Positions 21,550-34,511 of a stretch of 64,000 nucleotides of DNA are shown piece by piece (position 1 is the first letter of the stretch; each line of letters begins with the position of its first letter). The notes under the pieces are model-generated. The model did no database searches and was not told the DNA's origin. It saw only the letters and a list, made by a program, of their open reading frames with translations. The DNA comes from Lepidodermella squamata. Lineage: Eukaryota; Animalia; Gastrotricha. The stretch lies in the NCBI GenBank assembly GCA_047495785.1, contig JBLDXI010000042.1, positions 372,001-436,000 on the forward strand. The letters are read 5' to 3'. Made by a program: the position numbers and the translations under genes.

Positions 21550-22216
21550 TTTTTCAAGAAAATCTATTGAATCTCAGATTTTTCTTTCTCATTTCTTTTC
21601 AATAAACCGATGAATAGAAAATATTATTTTCGATATGTTTTTTGCAATAAAAAGTTCTCTGAAAGACTTGAATTCAGTGATTTATTTGCCTAAACCTCAG
21701 CAATTTCCAGTATGATCCCGTTCGCTAGCAAAAATTTCGATTCAACGGCAAATACCCGCGATTAATTATATAAATTTTATATAAATTCTATACATTTTAT
21801 CACATTTTTTCAAGAAAATCTATTGAATCTAAGCGTTTTCTTAATCATTTCTTTTCAATAAACCGATGAATAGAAAATATTATTTTCGATATGTTTTTTG
21901 CAATAAAAAGTTCTCTGAAAGACTTGAATTCAGTGATTTATTTGCCTAAACCTCAGCAATTTCCAGTATGATCCCGTTCGCTAGCAAAAATTTCGATTCA
22001 ACGGCAAATACCCGCGATTAATTATATAAATTCTATATAAATTCTATACATTTTATCACATTTTTTCAAGAAAATCTATTGAATCTAAGCGTTTTCTTAA
22101 TCATTTCTTTTCAATAAACCGATGAATAGAAAATATCTATTGAGCTACTTTTTTGTATAGAAAACTCTGAAAGACATGTATTCAGTGATTTATTCGTTTA
22201 AACCTCAGCAATTTCC
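21550..22216 (+). repeat. 256-bp tandem repeat (about 2.6 copies) containing the 3' end of the neighbouring gene
   Basis: aataaaccgatgaatagaaaatat recurs at 21601, 21857 and 22113. Confidence 0.9.
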
Positions 22217-23068
22217 TGTATGGTCACGATCAGTCAGCCCAAAGTAGTAAAAATTGCGATCCCGATATAGGGATTCAAGCGAAGATCGGCCTATGATCGT
22301 GATAATCGTAATCGCTTCGCACATGTAGCACACAAGGCAACGCAACCAGTCCCAACTGCCGAAATCAACGTAAGACTTCACAAGCTTCAGCAAAGTGAAC
22401 ACGATGAAAGTCACGCAAGGAATCGCATCTAGGACGAAAAATGTTGTCCAATACTTATCTGAGACATTCAAGCACGAAAAGGTCCAGTACAGGTTGGACA
22501 TAAGGCTCTCCATTACTACGACAACTGTTGCTGAGGTGTGAATCATCGATGAGGTTTTGCTTGACAGGACTCCGCCGTAAATCGGGTAGGAATTGGAGAA
22601 GCTTGGAATTTTCGCATTTCTAGCTTTAATTCCCTTCCAGAATTTATCCTCAGCCTGGGTAGCTGGTTTATCCCAGTTTATGAATTCGACCTGGGTCGGG
22701 AAAATTCCGATCAGGGCGAAACATAGGAAACCAGCTACGTCAAAGCCGAGACGGATTTTGTCAGACAGTGACCAGTCGTGCGAAATTTTCTCCATGAAAA
22801 GTAGGGTGAGAGATCCGGTGGTTAGAACTACGCCGTCGATGAATAGGAACCAGTACTCCATACTGCCAACACGGCCGCAGTGTTGGCTAATAGAGTCCCA
22901 TCGCCATTTTTCTGTCTTCGATCGACGCAGCTGGCGGCAGACTTTCATAAGCATGAGGACGTAGATTGTTAGCAGCCCGGCAAAGCCGAATAAGTTGACT
23001 GCAAAGGGAACGAATGGCCAGTTTGTGAGGCGACGGTCAGTGGTTTCATCATAAATATAGTAATCCAT
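22205..23068 (-). CDS. Multi-pass (about 6 TM) membrane protein, possibly Frag1/DRAM/Sfk1-like
   Basis: 287-aa ORF with about 6 hydrophobic segments, LIGIFP and MIHT motifs; family call is tentative. Confidence 0.65.
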   Translation of the reverse strand: MDYYIYDETTDRRLTNWPFVPFAVNLFGFAGLLTIYVLMLMKVCRQLRRSKTEKWRWDSISQHCGRVGSMEYWFLFIDGVVLTTGSLTLLFMEKISHDWSLSDKIRLGFDVAGFLCFALIGIFPTQVEFINWDKPATQAEDKFWKGIKARNAKIPSFSNSYPIYGGVLSSKTSSMIHTSATVVVVMESLMSNLYWTFSCLNVSDKYWTTFFVLDAIPCVTFIVFTLLKLVKSYVDFGSWDWLRCLVCYMCEAITIITIIGRSSLESLYRDRNFYYFGLTDRDHTGNC

Positions 23069-23259
23069 TCTATAAGATCAGGGTATTAGTAAATAAATGT
23101 TTCGACTTTTAAATCCTCAAATACTTTATCAAGTTGCATCCTTGATTCCAAAATGATCTCAAAAGCTATTCCTCTATATATGGTCAATTTGTAGGCTTTT
23201 TGAGAAATCAAAGGCCTAACCGTAACAGAAATCAAAGGCCTAACCGTAACAGTTTACCG

Positions 23260-23493
23260 TACTCTAACTCTAATCCATATCCTAGCCTAGCCCTAACCCT
23301 AACCCTAACCCTAATCTTTATCCTTTAACCCCAACGCGAACGCTAACCCTAATCCTAGCCCTAACACTAGTCTTAACCCTAACCTTAAACCTAATCATAA
23401 CCCTAACCCTAACCCTGACTCTAATCCTAATCTACGAACTTCAACCCTAGCCCTACTCCTAATCCTATTCTTCAATCCCTAACCCTAAACCTA
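23260..23493 (-). repeat. Degenerate telomere-like (CCCTAA)n tract
   Basis: Many ccctaa/cctaat/cctagc hexamers; preceded by a 24-bp direct duplication gaaatcaaaggcctaaccgtaaca at ~23204-23251. Confidence 0.8.
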
Positions 23494-23993
23494 GATCGCA
23501 CATCCCATTCTCATCGTCTATAGTACTAGAAACTATCTATTTAGGAACTCTATACTAACTAAATGAACGCCTGGTAGAATGGATATGTTCATTATGAACA
23601 TGGAACATGGAATTTTCCTGGAGAAGACAGCACCAGGATACGGGTCTTCCTAGATACCATTCATATCCTCAGCTTTCAATACTAATGAAATGAATTAAGG
23701 TACTGTACATACTAAGGAAAATTCCGAAATTTGTAGCCGGTTTGATTTCCTAGCTGAAAACACAATATCGTCACGCGTTGTATGTGTGTAAGAGATTAGA
23801 GTCTATAAGCGTCGTTATTATCAATCTACGTTTCAGTGCAAGATAAAGCATTCAGTAATTTGCATTCCACCGGTGCTTTGCTGAAAAATGTTTACCACAC
23901 CTTTATCTGGCTAATTATACCGCCACGCTTATGAACCGAGTCTAGTGCCTATAGCAAATTAGTCTCATTTTTGCCCATTTTACACCCTAGAAA

Positions 23994-25829
23994 ATGACTT
24001 CAGAGGTGAAGCGAAAAATTTTCGCCGATCAAAAGGCGATAGTAGATTCTATGAAGAACATCGTAGCGAATGAGAGCATAAATTGGGAGGCGCTCCGAGT
24101 TGCCCGAGTATCAATGCAGTTCTTCTACCCAACTCTAACCGGCTTCCTCCTATTCGCCGGCCTCATTTGCGAGCAATTGATTTCAACCGGCAGGATAGAC
24201 CCGTTTGTTTTCCTGAAGAACGACGTAGCAGCCGCATTTCTAGTCATTGGATCCCTTTGCATCGCAGCGGCCTTTTTCGGGACTACGATTTACGAAGAGT
24301 CTAAAATCAACCGAGTCGAGGCGCTTTTCAATGAGAAATACATACCAGTCTATGTTCGCGTCAATGCTTACCTCGCCTTCAATCAACTCCCCCACCCTCC
24401 TAGGGTGTTCGAGACAGTTTTCCGCCACCAGTCTTGGACGAGTGTTGGGGTTGCTTGGACAGTCCTGATTTCATCCTCAGTCGGGACTATCGCGATTGCG
24501 GCTCATAGCAAGTGGTATCGCGAGGTTTTGGCTAGTGTGACAATAGGACTGTTGCTTCTAGCCGGGGGAGGGATTATTGCGAGGATGTGTTATGAGGTAT
24601 GGCTGGCCAGGAAGTCGAAGGTTGTCATGAATGATACGCAGTTCAGGCAATCGGCTAGACGCGATGCTTCGATTGCTGAGCACACTGTTGGATCAATAAA
24701 CCATATCTTGGGTAAGCAAGCTTTTCTTATTTTTGAAGTAAGTCCTGGGTTTAAAAAACCTTCTAACCCAGGCTTCTAAGGGCATCAGAGAAACGGGTCT
24801 CCCAGATCAGAGAACGAGCTAGGACAACCGAACTGGTTGGGATTAGGAAAATCGACATTAGGGCCCCAATTTCGTCTTCAACTGAGTTCACCTTGATTGA
24901 ACGGGTAGGGATTAGGGACGATACCAACCATCCATAATCCTTACCCTAACCCTAACCCTAACACAAAGTCTTAACCTTAACACAAACACCCGATCCTAAT
25001 CCTTAGCCCTTAGCCAAATCCTGACGCTAACAGCTTCTGAAATTCAAGCCTAAAGCAAATCCCAAAAACTCCTTTATGCCTTTATCCTAATTCCACTGGA
25101 TTTTTGTTAAAGAAAGTTACAAACTACAAAACAAATCTTTTTTTTTATTTTTACTTTGTCTATGTGAGTTTTCAATTGTTGCTCCCCTAATTTTCAGACG
25201 TCAAAAGTCGGCTGTTCGGCAAAGTTCACATCGGCTTTCTCGACGAAGGAGATTGCAAAGGCCAAAGCTTGGAATTGATCAAAATCCTTATGGAAGACGA
25301 TTCCATTGCGATTAATCCATCTTCCGACAAGCCAACCTATTACATCAACACTTCTTACGTCTACTGGCACTTCCCAGACTCGACGATCCCTACGCCAGAT
25401 TTCGACGAGAAAACAAACTTGGATCAGTTAAATTGTGGGTTGTGCCTCAACGAGATGGACTTCACTGTTATATCGTGTAACAACTCGATCTCGAAGGAAA
25501 CCAATGATTTGGCTCTGGCACTCCGGAATATCATACCAAAAGGTCGGAGTGGCGATAATTTTGTGTTTGTCACTCGATTCGAGAACGCCAAGTCAAATTT
25601 GATGGCGGAGCACTTCAAGAAATCAAGGCGTTGGAAAAGGAACCCGCCTACAATTCTGCGCGTGAATTACGACACTTTGCGGCAGCTTGATGGTAACGGT
25701 CAATGGAAGTATGAGCCGGATAATGAACGGCTAGATAGACCGCCGCTTGCAGATGAAACTGCTTTTCTCAGGCTACTCAATTCGTTGGAAAATTACGAAG
25801 AGATTGACGAAAAGCTCCGCCTAGTTTGA
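23994..25829 (+). CDS. Uncharacterised 4-TM membrane protein with C-terminal soluble domain (exons 23994-24711, 25198-25829)
   Basis: Phase-1 intron gtaag (24712) to ttttcag (25197) joins HIL-D-VKSRLFG in frame with the 25269 ORF; AATAAA after the stop; CCCTAA tract inside the intron. Confidence 0.7.
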
Positions 25830-26307
25830 CTTGTTTGTAAATAAATGAGCGAAGATTGCTTCGTTAGAATTACTTTCAGTTCAGCAGCCTTAAATTTTTC
25901 AGAACATTCGAATATCATTCGAACCTTCAGGGCTCGTAGCTCGTAGATTTACTAGCTCATCATTTCATCGCTTTTCATTTGAATATTCACAACGAGTTTC
26001 AAAGCTCTAATCCTGACCCTAACCCTAACCGGGCTCATTTCTACCTTTGAAATTTCCTGAACTCTGGACTCTACAACTCGAAACTCAGCTTAAAATTATG
26101 TGATTTCTGGGGCACATTTTCAACTTAACCTTATTGCCTTAAAATATATGAAGACCGTTTTACCAGGTTAGAACTATTTATTTTCAAGTTATGAGGGTAT
26201 CAGATGAATCCAGACCAAGGAAAGACGAGAAAACAAAAGAAACGCTTGAAATTAGAAATGATTATCAACGTGTGTTAACGAATTATTTAAGGATGCAGTC
26301 AGTTTTC

Positions 26308-29300
26308 TTAGTAGACCAGAATTTCAGAGAATGCTAGAGGCATGGCGCCTGATTTTTCGATGCGAACGTATCGACCCAGCAGTGGAGGCGTGCAGTACAT
26401 GCTAAGCGCTTGGCCAAGCACAAAATTCGGGAAGCGATACGCCCGATAGATGTCACAAACAGGATTAGGCGCTGCATTGGCCGATGATTCATCACCGATT
26501 CGGGAAAGGACTTCGTAACTCGTCGCATTGAATAAATCACCTGGAATATACGCAATTGTAGGAACTACTTTTGACACATAAATCGACTGGCCAATGTCGA
26601 TAAGAAACCAAAAATCAGCGGAGTGCCCAGGGCCGATCCATGATGGGAAAAATGAACCATCAGTCATGTTAGCGCTGAGTGGAGCCGTATACATCGATGT
26701 GACTTTCTTGAACAGCGCGTAATTCGTCCCAGTTTCAGTGGTAGCTTCAACTTTACAAATCAAAATAATGGCGTCGCGAGTGCTAGATATCACGCTGACA
26801 TAACGGCCCGATACGGGTGGGAAACAAGGCACGGAAAATTTAGCGTCATAAGGAACGTAAGGGTCAAAGGACGTAGTGTCGGCGGCATTGTTGCAGCTCT
26901 TCAATGCAGCATCAGCATACGAAGTCGGCACGCTGTTGGAAACGGCAACCCTCATTTCTGTTATGGCGTATTCAAGGTCGGCGTAGGGGCAGCCCTTGAA
27001 GCTAAACCGTCCTATTGGCTGCAGAGTGTAATCGTCAACGTACAATCGAACGGCGAAAGCGACTAGAGGTGGTTTAAGGTAGTTGACGTAGGGCTCAGAA
27101 TTCGGGCCACTGGAAGGTCCATCGAAAATTCGAATCCTCGACCCATTGTTGCCGGTGTAAGCTACCCATTTGCTACTACCCTTCAGCCGAAATGCCAGGT
27201 GATACTTTTCAATCCAGGCCGCCAGAGTTGCGCTAGATTGAACCACGACAATGTTGACGATTTTCAGCTCGGTGAATGTTATCTGAAAATAAGGCTGACG
27301 ATCGGTGGCCACTGGGATCCAGTCTGAGTTGCCGATGTCATTTCGGCTCAAATCACTAGGATTTTGTGCACTCGAAGCATTTACAACAGATTCGCTATCG
27401 AAAAGCTCAATGTTGCAAAATTGATCTAATGAGTTTCGAAAAGTATGGAAAATTATGAGGAATTCATTACTAAAATCTTACGCGCACAGCCTCGAACTCG
27501 CCATTTCAAACATATGTGGGTACTCCAGGATTCAGGATGGAATCTGAGATGACGGGCTATGATGTGAGGCCTCAGGAAGCTCCACTGAGTCGACGTTGAA
27601 TCGTTATTTGCAACGAAAATCTAAGGAAAATTTATTTCATTTTTGATAATATAATATGTCGAGTTACTTCTGTTGACGACAGGCCGATAGCTCGATCGTA
27701 AAATGTTTTGAAGGTAACGCCATTAGTGCTGGATGACAGTCGGTAGGTTCGGACGAAGCAGTTGTTCACTGAATCACCAGATGTCGCAATCGATGTAACA
27801 ATTTTCTGCTCGCCAAAGTCCAGAGTCAGGAATTCCGTGTTAGACAAGGTCACTGGAGTCCAACTACAAGCCATAGAGCCACGAACATCCCCCGACGCAG
27901 GGCAAACGCCGTAAGGCGGTGAAGCGGAGGAGTAGTTCGAACTGTAAGTCCAGGCCGAGGTTGAGGACAGGTCAGACTCGCAGACGTGGCCCTCCACTAA
28001 AAGTCCTCACAAGTTTAATATCCTCACAAATACCTTCATTTTTCATCGCTTACATGTATTCGGCGTAGGTATTTGATTAGCAAGCTCCATAGCTAGGAGA
28101 GAATCTACCGGACTCTGGTAGATTGCCAGCCAAGTCATCAAACCTGTGAAGTACGCACTGCTCGAGACATCCTAAACATGGCGAATTAAATTGTTTTGCA
28201 AAAATACCATTTTCAAAAATTATTAGGGACTCCAACTAGAGGAAGGCTGGAAAACCACAGGAGGGCCCTTTGGTTTCTTGGGAGTAGTGCTAGAAAGCAT
28301 CTCAGCTCCCTGATCCTACTTCGCACACTGGTCCCAAGTCCTTCGAGCATGAGAATTTACAAGTTGAGCCTACTTTTACCACTCCAGCATGGAAATTTGG
28401 AACATTTTTTGATGTTGAGAAGGCAGACCTACCCTTCCTATGAAGAGGCCATTCGTGTCACCAGGAATGCAGTCGCTGAAGCTCTGCGTTGTCCCAGCCA
28501 CGCCATCACGATAGCCAGTGATGCGATGAGCACCTGCTTTGAAATCAACGTTCAACAGCAGGTGCTGCCAGCGATTAACACCCGCGTTGCCTGTATCGCT
28601 TGCTGTCTGCACTCCACCGCAATTCACTGTGTAGGATATCGACATGTCCGCCGAGTTGTAGAGCAGCTGGAGAACGGGTGATGTACCCATGGCCAGCTGC
28701 AATATTGGCTGGCTGCCAGCAGTGAAATTTGGAAACAGCATTGCGTGGATTGCCACGGTATAGGATGGCAGAGGGGCAGAGCGATTGAAGCCGACCTTGT
28801 AACTATTGATATATGAAACAGCACTCAGTGAATTAGCGACAGCCGGCGAAAATCGAAAAACCTCCGTGTCGCCCGTCGACCAAGGGAACGCAGCGCCACG
28901 GAGGGCCGACCCAGCCGCAGTTAGCACATCAGTTGTGCCATCCACTGTAGACATGCCATTGTTGTAGTCGAAGGGTGTTGACAGAACGGCTTTCATTGAG
29001 CTCGTTAGCGGGCATCGCCTCGAGGAATAGGCGAGTCTTCGGGTGAACACTCCTACGTTATTATACAGTTGCAAACACGCATAGCTCGTCGGCTGGCTGT
29101 TTGCACCTCCGATTCTGAAATAGTTCGCATTAGCTTTCATTGCAACGCCGCCACAGCGCGTTCCCCACGAAGTAACGAATTCGCCCTCTTGAATCAGATA
29201 GGCGGTAGCCGTCCCTAATCTGAACTGAAATCCAACATAGTTCCACTGATTCAGAAACAGTTTTATCGGTGAAGTTAGCGTGAAGTTGCATGTAGCGACG

Positions 29301-32300
29301 AGTTGAAGGTAGCCGGTCGACGACGTCCTCAATCCAGTTTCAAAATCTGTTGAATTCAACGTCTCCGTCCAACCCATCAACCATCCGCCAAAACTAGCCG
29401 GTTTGAAATGAAACAGGAGCGAGAATGTCCTAGGACCGATGGCGAAGCGGGCGGTAGCAGTGTTTATCCATAGATAATCCGTTTGAGAATTAAGCTTCCA
29501 CGCGCTAAATATAAAAGCTGTGCATGGGACATGGGACAAAGTTTTTCAAACCGTCTGATTAATCATCGGGGTGCTCACCAACAATTTCAAGCCTCCTCGA
29601 TTTAACACCCTGAGAATTACAGGGAATAACCATGAATTTACGGGCTATTCGATGTTATCAACAAACCGAAAATTAGGCATGCGAAAATCGGTTAACATCG
29701 GCTTTTTGAAACGACGTCAATTCGATTTACCTGTTCACCAAGGGAGATCGACTGAATAAGGGTTTTGCAGGGGGTAAAGAAGATTCCGTGAATAAAACGA
29801 GGTGAGGGGAGAAGGAGGGTAATACTTTTTGGTGAGCACCGTGACGGACGGTCTCAGTGTGCGAGGTAGGATCCGGGAGCTGAGGTGTTTTCTACTTGTT
29901 TTTCAAGACCCAGCCGAAGAAACCAAAGAGCCCCCCTGTGGTTTTTTCAGCCTTCTTCTGGTTAGAGTCCCGGAGTTGGGGTGTCGCGACACCCCAGCAC
30001 CCTGGATGGTCTGATCAGACGGGTTGAAAAATGAGAAATCCTGCGACAGGACTAGCAGGACTCTGTAGTAAGTGAATTTTGAATTACGTGTTACTATAGC
30101 TGAGCACATTGTCGCACATCGGGTTTCCGACCGCTGTAAACGAATAGTATGTTGTGATGAGATCAGCCAGGTTGCACGCCAACGGATACAGCGCAGTAGG
30201 CATTCGGGCTACGAATTGCGACGAGATTTGAGATAAATTGGTGGAGAAGTGTTTTTGAGCTAGAACTCACGAGTCCAAGGAGCTTGAGCACTTTGATCAA
30301 TCTCAGCGTTGTCCAAAGCCCGCTTGTATATCTGGATGTGTGCTAGCCTCCCGGTCCAAGCGCCTCCCACCACGAGGTATGCATTCACCTTGACGGCAGT
30401 CGATGTGAAGCAGTTGACCGCGAAGATCCCACGCAGGATTCGATCGATGAAAGCGCGAGCAATACCCGAGCGACAGTCGAATGTCACAGCGGTGTGAACC
30501 CAGCGATTTTTGTCGATGATTGCATAACCATGTATTTTAGGGAAACTCCCAGTGTCGTTGCATGCCCGAGATTGATCCACGAGAAATGTTCCTGTATCGT
30601 TAATCCAAATTCGCATACACATACTAGGGAAAAGGAAATAATTTGTCAACAAACAAGCTTGGGATGAAGTAAATTCATTACCAAATTATTTCAATCAATT
30701 CCAAATCAGGGCCCAGCCTCTAACCCTAACCCTAACTCTAACCCTAAATTACCGAATAAAATAGTTGGGTATTGAATTAAATGAAATTTGGTAACGCATT
30801 AAGATTTCCCCCACAAGCTTTCCATCTTTTGACTTACTTTCCTTGAGTTGAGCTGACCAAATTGAGAATGCCACTCGTGTGATACACCCATGCTGAAAAT
30901 GTCCAGCCGTTATTTTTGTCAGCCGCTAAATTATCCATCGGAAGAAACATCTTGCCAGAGCCCGACCACGCAAGGGCTGACAATGATCTCCCAGTAACTC
31001 CTGTGCTGAATGTCAACGCGGTTGAGTAAACGCCGTTGTTGCCATTGCCGCTGAGATCGTCAGCTCGGCGCAGGATGTCAAGAGGCCAGTAGCCATCTGG
31101 CACGAGCGTGAAGGCCGGGTCGAGTTGCGGCGTGGTAATTTCCACAGACGTTATAGTTTTCGTTTCGCCTAAATCGATCGTAACGTAAGATCTCTGGTAA
31201 GGATCGCCACCACCTGTTCGCAGCTTCGTGCAGTTTGTGAAACTCCTCTCTCGGATTACACGGTCTGCAGTCAAAACTGAGGCATCAGGCAGCCCAAGCT
31301 GAGCATCAGTCGCTAAGGAATACGCTATGGCGACGGAAGCATTGAAAGCAATATTCGGTGAATACCTAGGGGTAGTTCTACAACCAAGCAGTTCAATTTT
31401 GTAACAAGGCCTCGCGCCAGAAAATGAAATCGGCTCAATCTTGAAGAATTGCGCAACGACGGGATTCGGGAAAACAACTGTTGCGATGTTGAACGAGTCG
31501 ACGTTACCCGCTTGGCCATTGCTGTCCCGCAGCTCAGCCCAGTTATCACCCAACCTAGCCTTGTAGCTTAAGCTAAGCACTTTGACCCAAGAATTAAGCA
31601 TGGCACAGCCCTGAATTTGAACAGCAGTGACCACGGTCTGTTTCCTCAGGTCGATTGTTAAAGGCATGCTGTTAGCATACGCGGCCAGGCCCCAATTCAG
31701 CCGTGAGTAATACGGCTTCGCTACTGCAACAGTTTCGGTCGAAAGTTGAGAATCTTCAATTTCATTAGTTTCCATGCCTAGAGGCTCAAAGCATTGTGCC
31801 GGGGAGCCCTTAACTGCCACTTTCGCTTTGCTTTGAAGCGCCGTTCTGTTCTCGAATGTGTTCGAAAATCTGACATGCTTTGTGAGGACCGGCCGGAAAG
31901 GCGTGAAAATCGAGGTATTGCCCTCGATAGCATCCCACAGCCTGTTCTGGCCGTGGCCATTATCAATCGCTTGGAAGGCCAATCCATCAAAACTCCACTC
32001 CATTTTCAGCTTAAATAAACAGTTTGCGCAGAACAGCTGGAATTCTGTCATCCAAACGAAGCGTTGGAGATCGATTTTGAACCAGGAACCAACGGGAGGG
32101 TTATTACCGAACCCGAAATAATGCGGATGGCTCTCGTAGAGATGACCAAGCGGCGGCTTCTCGTCGCTCAAAACAGAGCTCGAAGAATACCCCAAATCGG
32201 TTACGTAAGAATTATCAAAGTCAACAATTTCACCGCCTGAAGGCGCTGTCCAAGCTGATTTCAGTATTGCATCCCATGTCGCTGTTACAGCACAAGATCT

Positions 32301-32648
32301 CGTCGAACATTGACGCGATTTCTTCATCAGACCCTGCGATGACACTGAGAATGATGTTGCGTCTGCATTTGCTAGGGCTTGGGCAATCCTCGAGCCAGGC
32401 AAGTCAAAGCTCCATAGGTAGCACATTCGGATAGTCGCCGTGAACTGGCCGGATCTGCAGAGATTGTTCAAATTACACGAAGCCATACAGGTTATGGTTG
32501 ATTGGACGGAGCTTAGATTTGCAACAAGGTGCATCGAGAGGTTGTAGCCGGGTGAAACTGGGCCGAAAGCCATTCCGGGGTAGATGTGGTAGTGATAACC
32601 TCCAGCAGCAACGCTGTGGCATAGCGCTGCCGTTAGAAGCAAAATCAT
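26308..32648 (-). CDS. Large secreted mosaic protein: PAN/apple, F5/8C discoidin, F-type-lectin-like, LamG and EGF domains (multi-exon)
   Basis: Signal peptide at 32648; PAN-like CMASC..CRS..CYL; discoidin CFEPLGME..IEDSQL..IDL..VTAVQIQG; LamG YWPL..DDLSGNGN, WVHTAVTFD, WQHL; C-terminal fucolectin-like WFLIDIG..GRYVRI..FSEILVY. Six same-strand ORF blocks with splice-like boundaries; not every junction was verified. Confidence 0.75.
28225..28330 (+). mobile_element. MITE family A copy (intronic, partial)
   Basis: Ends in gatcctacttcgcacactg; internal aaaaccacaggagggccctttgg. Confidence 0.65.
29855..30004 (-). mobile_element. MITE family A copy (intronic)
   Basis: cagtgtgcgaggtaggatcc ... caccctg; 8-bp TSD gacggtct/gatggtct (7 of 8 match). 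Confidence 0.8.
30667..30812 (-). repeat. Dispersed element with internal (TTAGGG)n array, copy 2 (intronic)
   Basis: Reverse complement ggggaaatcttaatgcgttaccaaatttcatttaattcaatac...ttagggttag...gaaataatttggtaatg matches 13300-13519. Confidence 0.8.
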
Positions 32649-34511
32649 TTTAGAAATTTGATCAACTTTTGGTTATAATCAGTGAACAAGCCCGACTCTG
32701 CATTGATTTTTTCACATTTTTGTAATCAATGCGTTATGTTATTTTTCTGAACTCAACACCAGGTATTGTATGTATTAATTGAATATAGCTTTCACGCTGC
32801 TTCGCGGCAACGCATCTTTGTGGACATCTGAAGTTCTACTGCGTAGGAGTAATGAATAATTCAGTGGCCGAAAAGCTCGCCTACGTTTCTCCGGTGTGAG
32901 CCTGTGCATTTTCTTGCTGTAATTGGAAATATGGGGAAATTCAGTTAGCTTTAAACATAAACATAAACATAAACATAAACTTTAAATTAAACATAGCTTT
33001 GCGGTTTCAGTGGCCTTTTTGAGACTTGGAGCGATTGAAAAAACCAATTTCTGGGCAGAGAAAAATATTCCTAGTCGCGTTGAAGTCGCGCAAGGGTCCA
33101 ATTAGGTGTGATCGGAATGCTGGAAATATTAGCCAAGCGCCTCAAAAAACCAGGAATTGATTTGCCATTTGCCAGTGATTTTACGAATTTTCTATTATAT
33201 ACTCCAAATTTTCTAAATTCTTGAATATTGAATTTCGATGTGAAAGTTTCATCGGCAATTTCCAGAGAAATTATTATAATTTTTGAAAACAGTTTGAAAA
33301 AATTCTTGCAAATTAATTAATCTGCCCAATTATTTCGCGATTTCAAATAATTTTCAGTAAATTTTGATAATTCCTATGAACCATCGACCATTGGGTTCCT
33401 TTGCCAATTTGTTCTCATTATTTTTTTCAAGTTAATGATTAGGAATAGCCAGGATTCTTTAATTTTGTTCAAGGGGTCTTTTACCAAGTTATATTAGTTC
33501 AAAAATGGGTCCAAAGGTCACTCGCTAGTGTCAAGATTAGGCCTTTTTTCAGAATTTCTAGAAAATCATGGTGAGCTCATAAATTAATGAAATAATACAG
33601 GCAGCAGTGGAACACAAATATGAAGCCCCAGGTTTTTACCTGGAATTTTCCGAGCTCACCTTGACCTGAATTTTCGACCTTAATCCTAAATTTAACGAGC
33701 CACACTCTATGCCACACTCGGAAGTTGAAAACCAATTACATGACTAACCAATGCTATTTTCTACCCGGCATAATTTTATAGTTCTGAAAATTTGACCTCA
33801 ACTGGCAAAAAAATCGCCAAATATTTACAATTTACCGATTATTTCAAAGCCACCACATGAAAACCGAACCGTTGTTGATGACAAACCGTTGACAAAACTA
33901 ATCGCCTAATTTCGATGTTACTGAAAAAATATTTTACGGAGAAATCGGACGCGCTCGTCTCGTATTTTTGAAATAACAGAGCCCATTTCGAAAATATAAA
34001 TAAATCGGAAAAAAATCAGAGTCATTAAAATTGAATTGAAAATTTTAGAGAATTGGCACCCTGAGTTCAAAATGAAGTTAAATAGCGCGAGATAAGTGGC
34101 CATCTATTCAAATAGTAAAAACTATAAGGCACGTGAATCGCGAGGAGTTTGACTTGAGTTTGTGTGCGTTTTTCTGACATTAAGTCTGTCATTTAGTTTT
34201 TCTGTCAATTCACTAAAAATGATCATGGAGTTGAATGCGTCAGCCTGCGGGGTCATCCGATTGAATCGACTCTGGGCCTTACAAATTCCATACAATTCTC
34301 ATACCATACAATACAATGCTTAGTCACCGTACTTAGTCGCTGTCGAAGGCATTTATTTAAGTTGTGTCTAGACGCAGCGATGATCACACAAAAAACATCA
34401 CGTCATTACGGGATCACGACAGCTGATATCATTCGAACGCCAATTCTCAAAGCTCGTAGCTTTACCAGCTCATTATTTCGTTTCTATTCGTTTGAATATT
34501 CACTTCTAAAC

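Noticed and set aside
32940-34120. AT-rich stretch with (AAACAT)n as a transposon
   Set aside because: It looks repeat-derived, but I could not identify termini, a TSD or a coding remnant.
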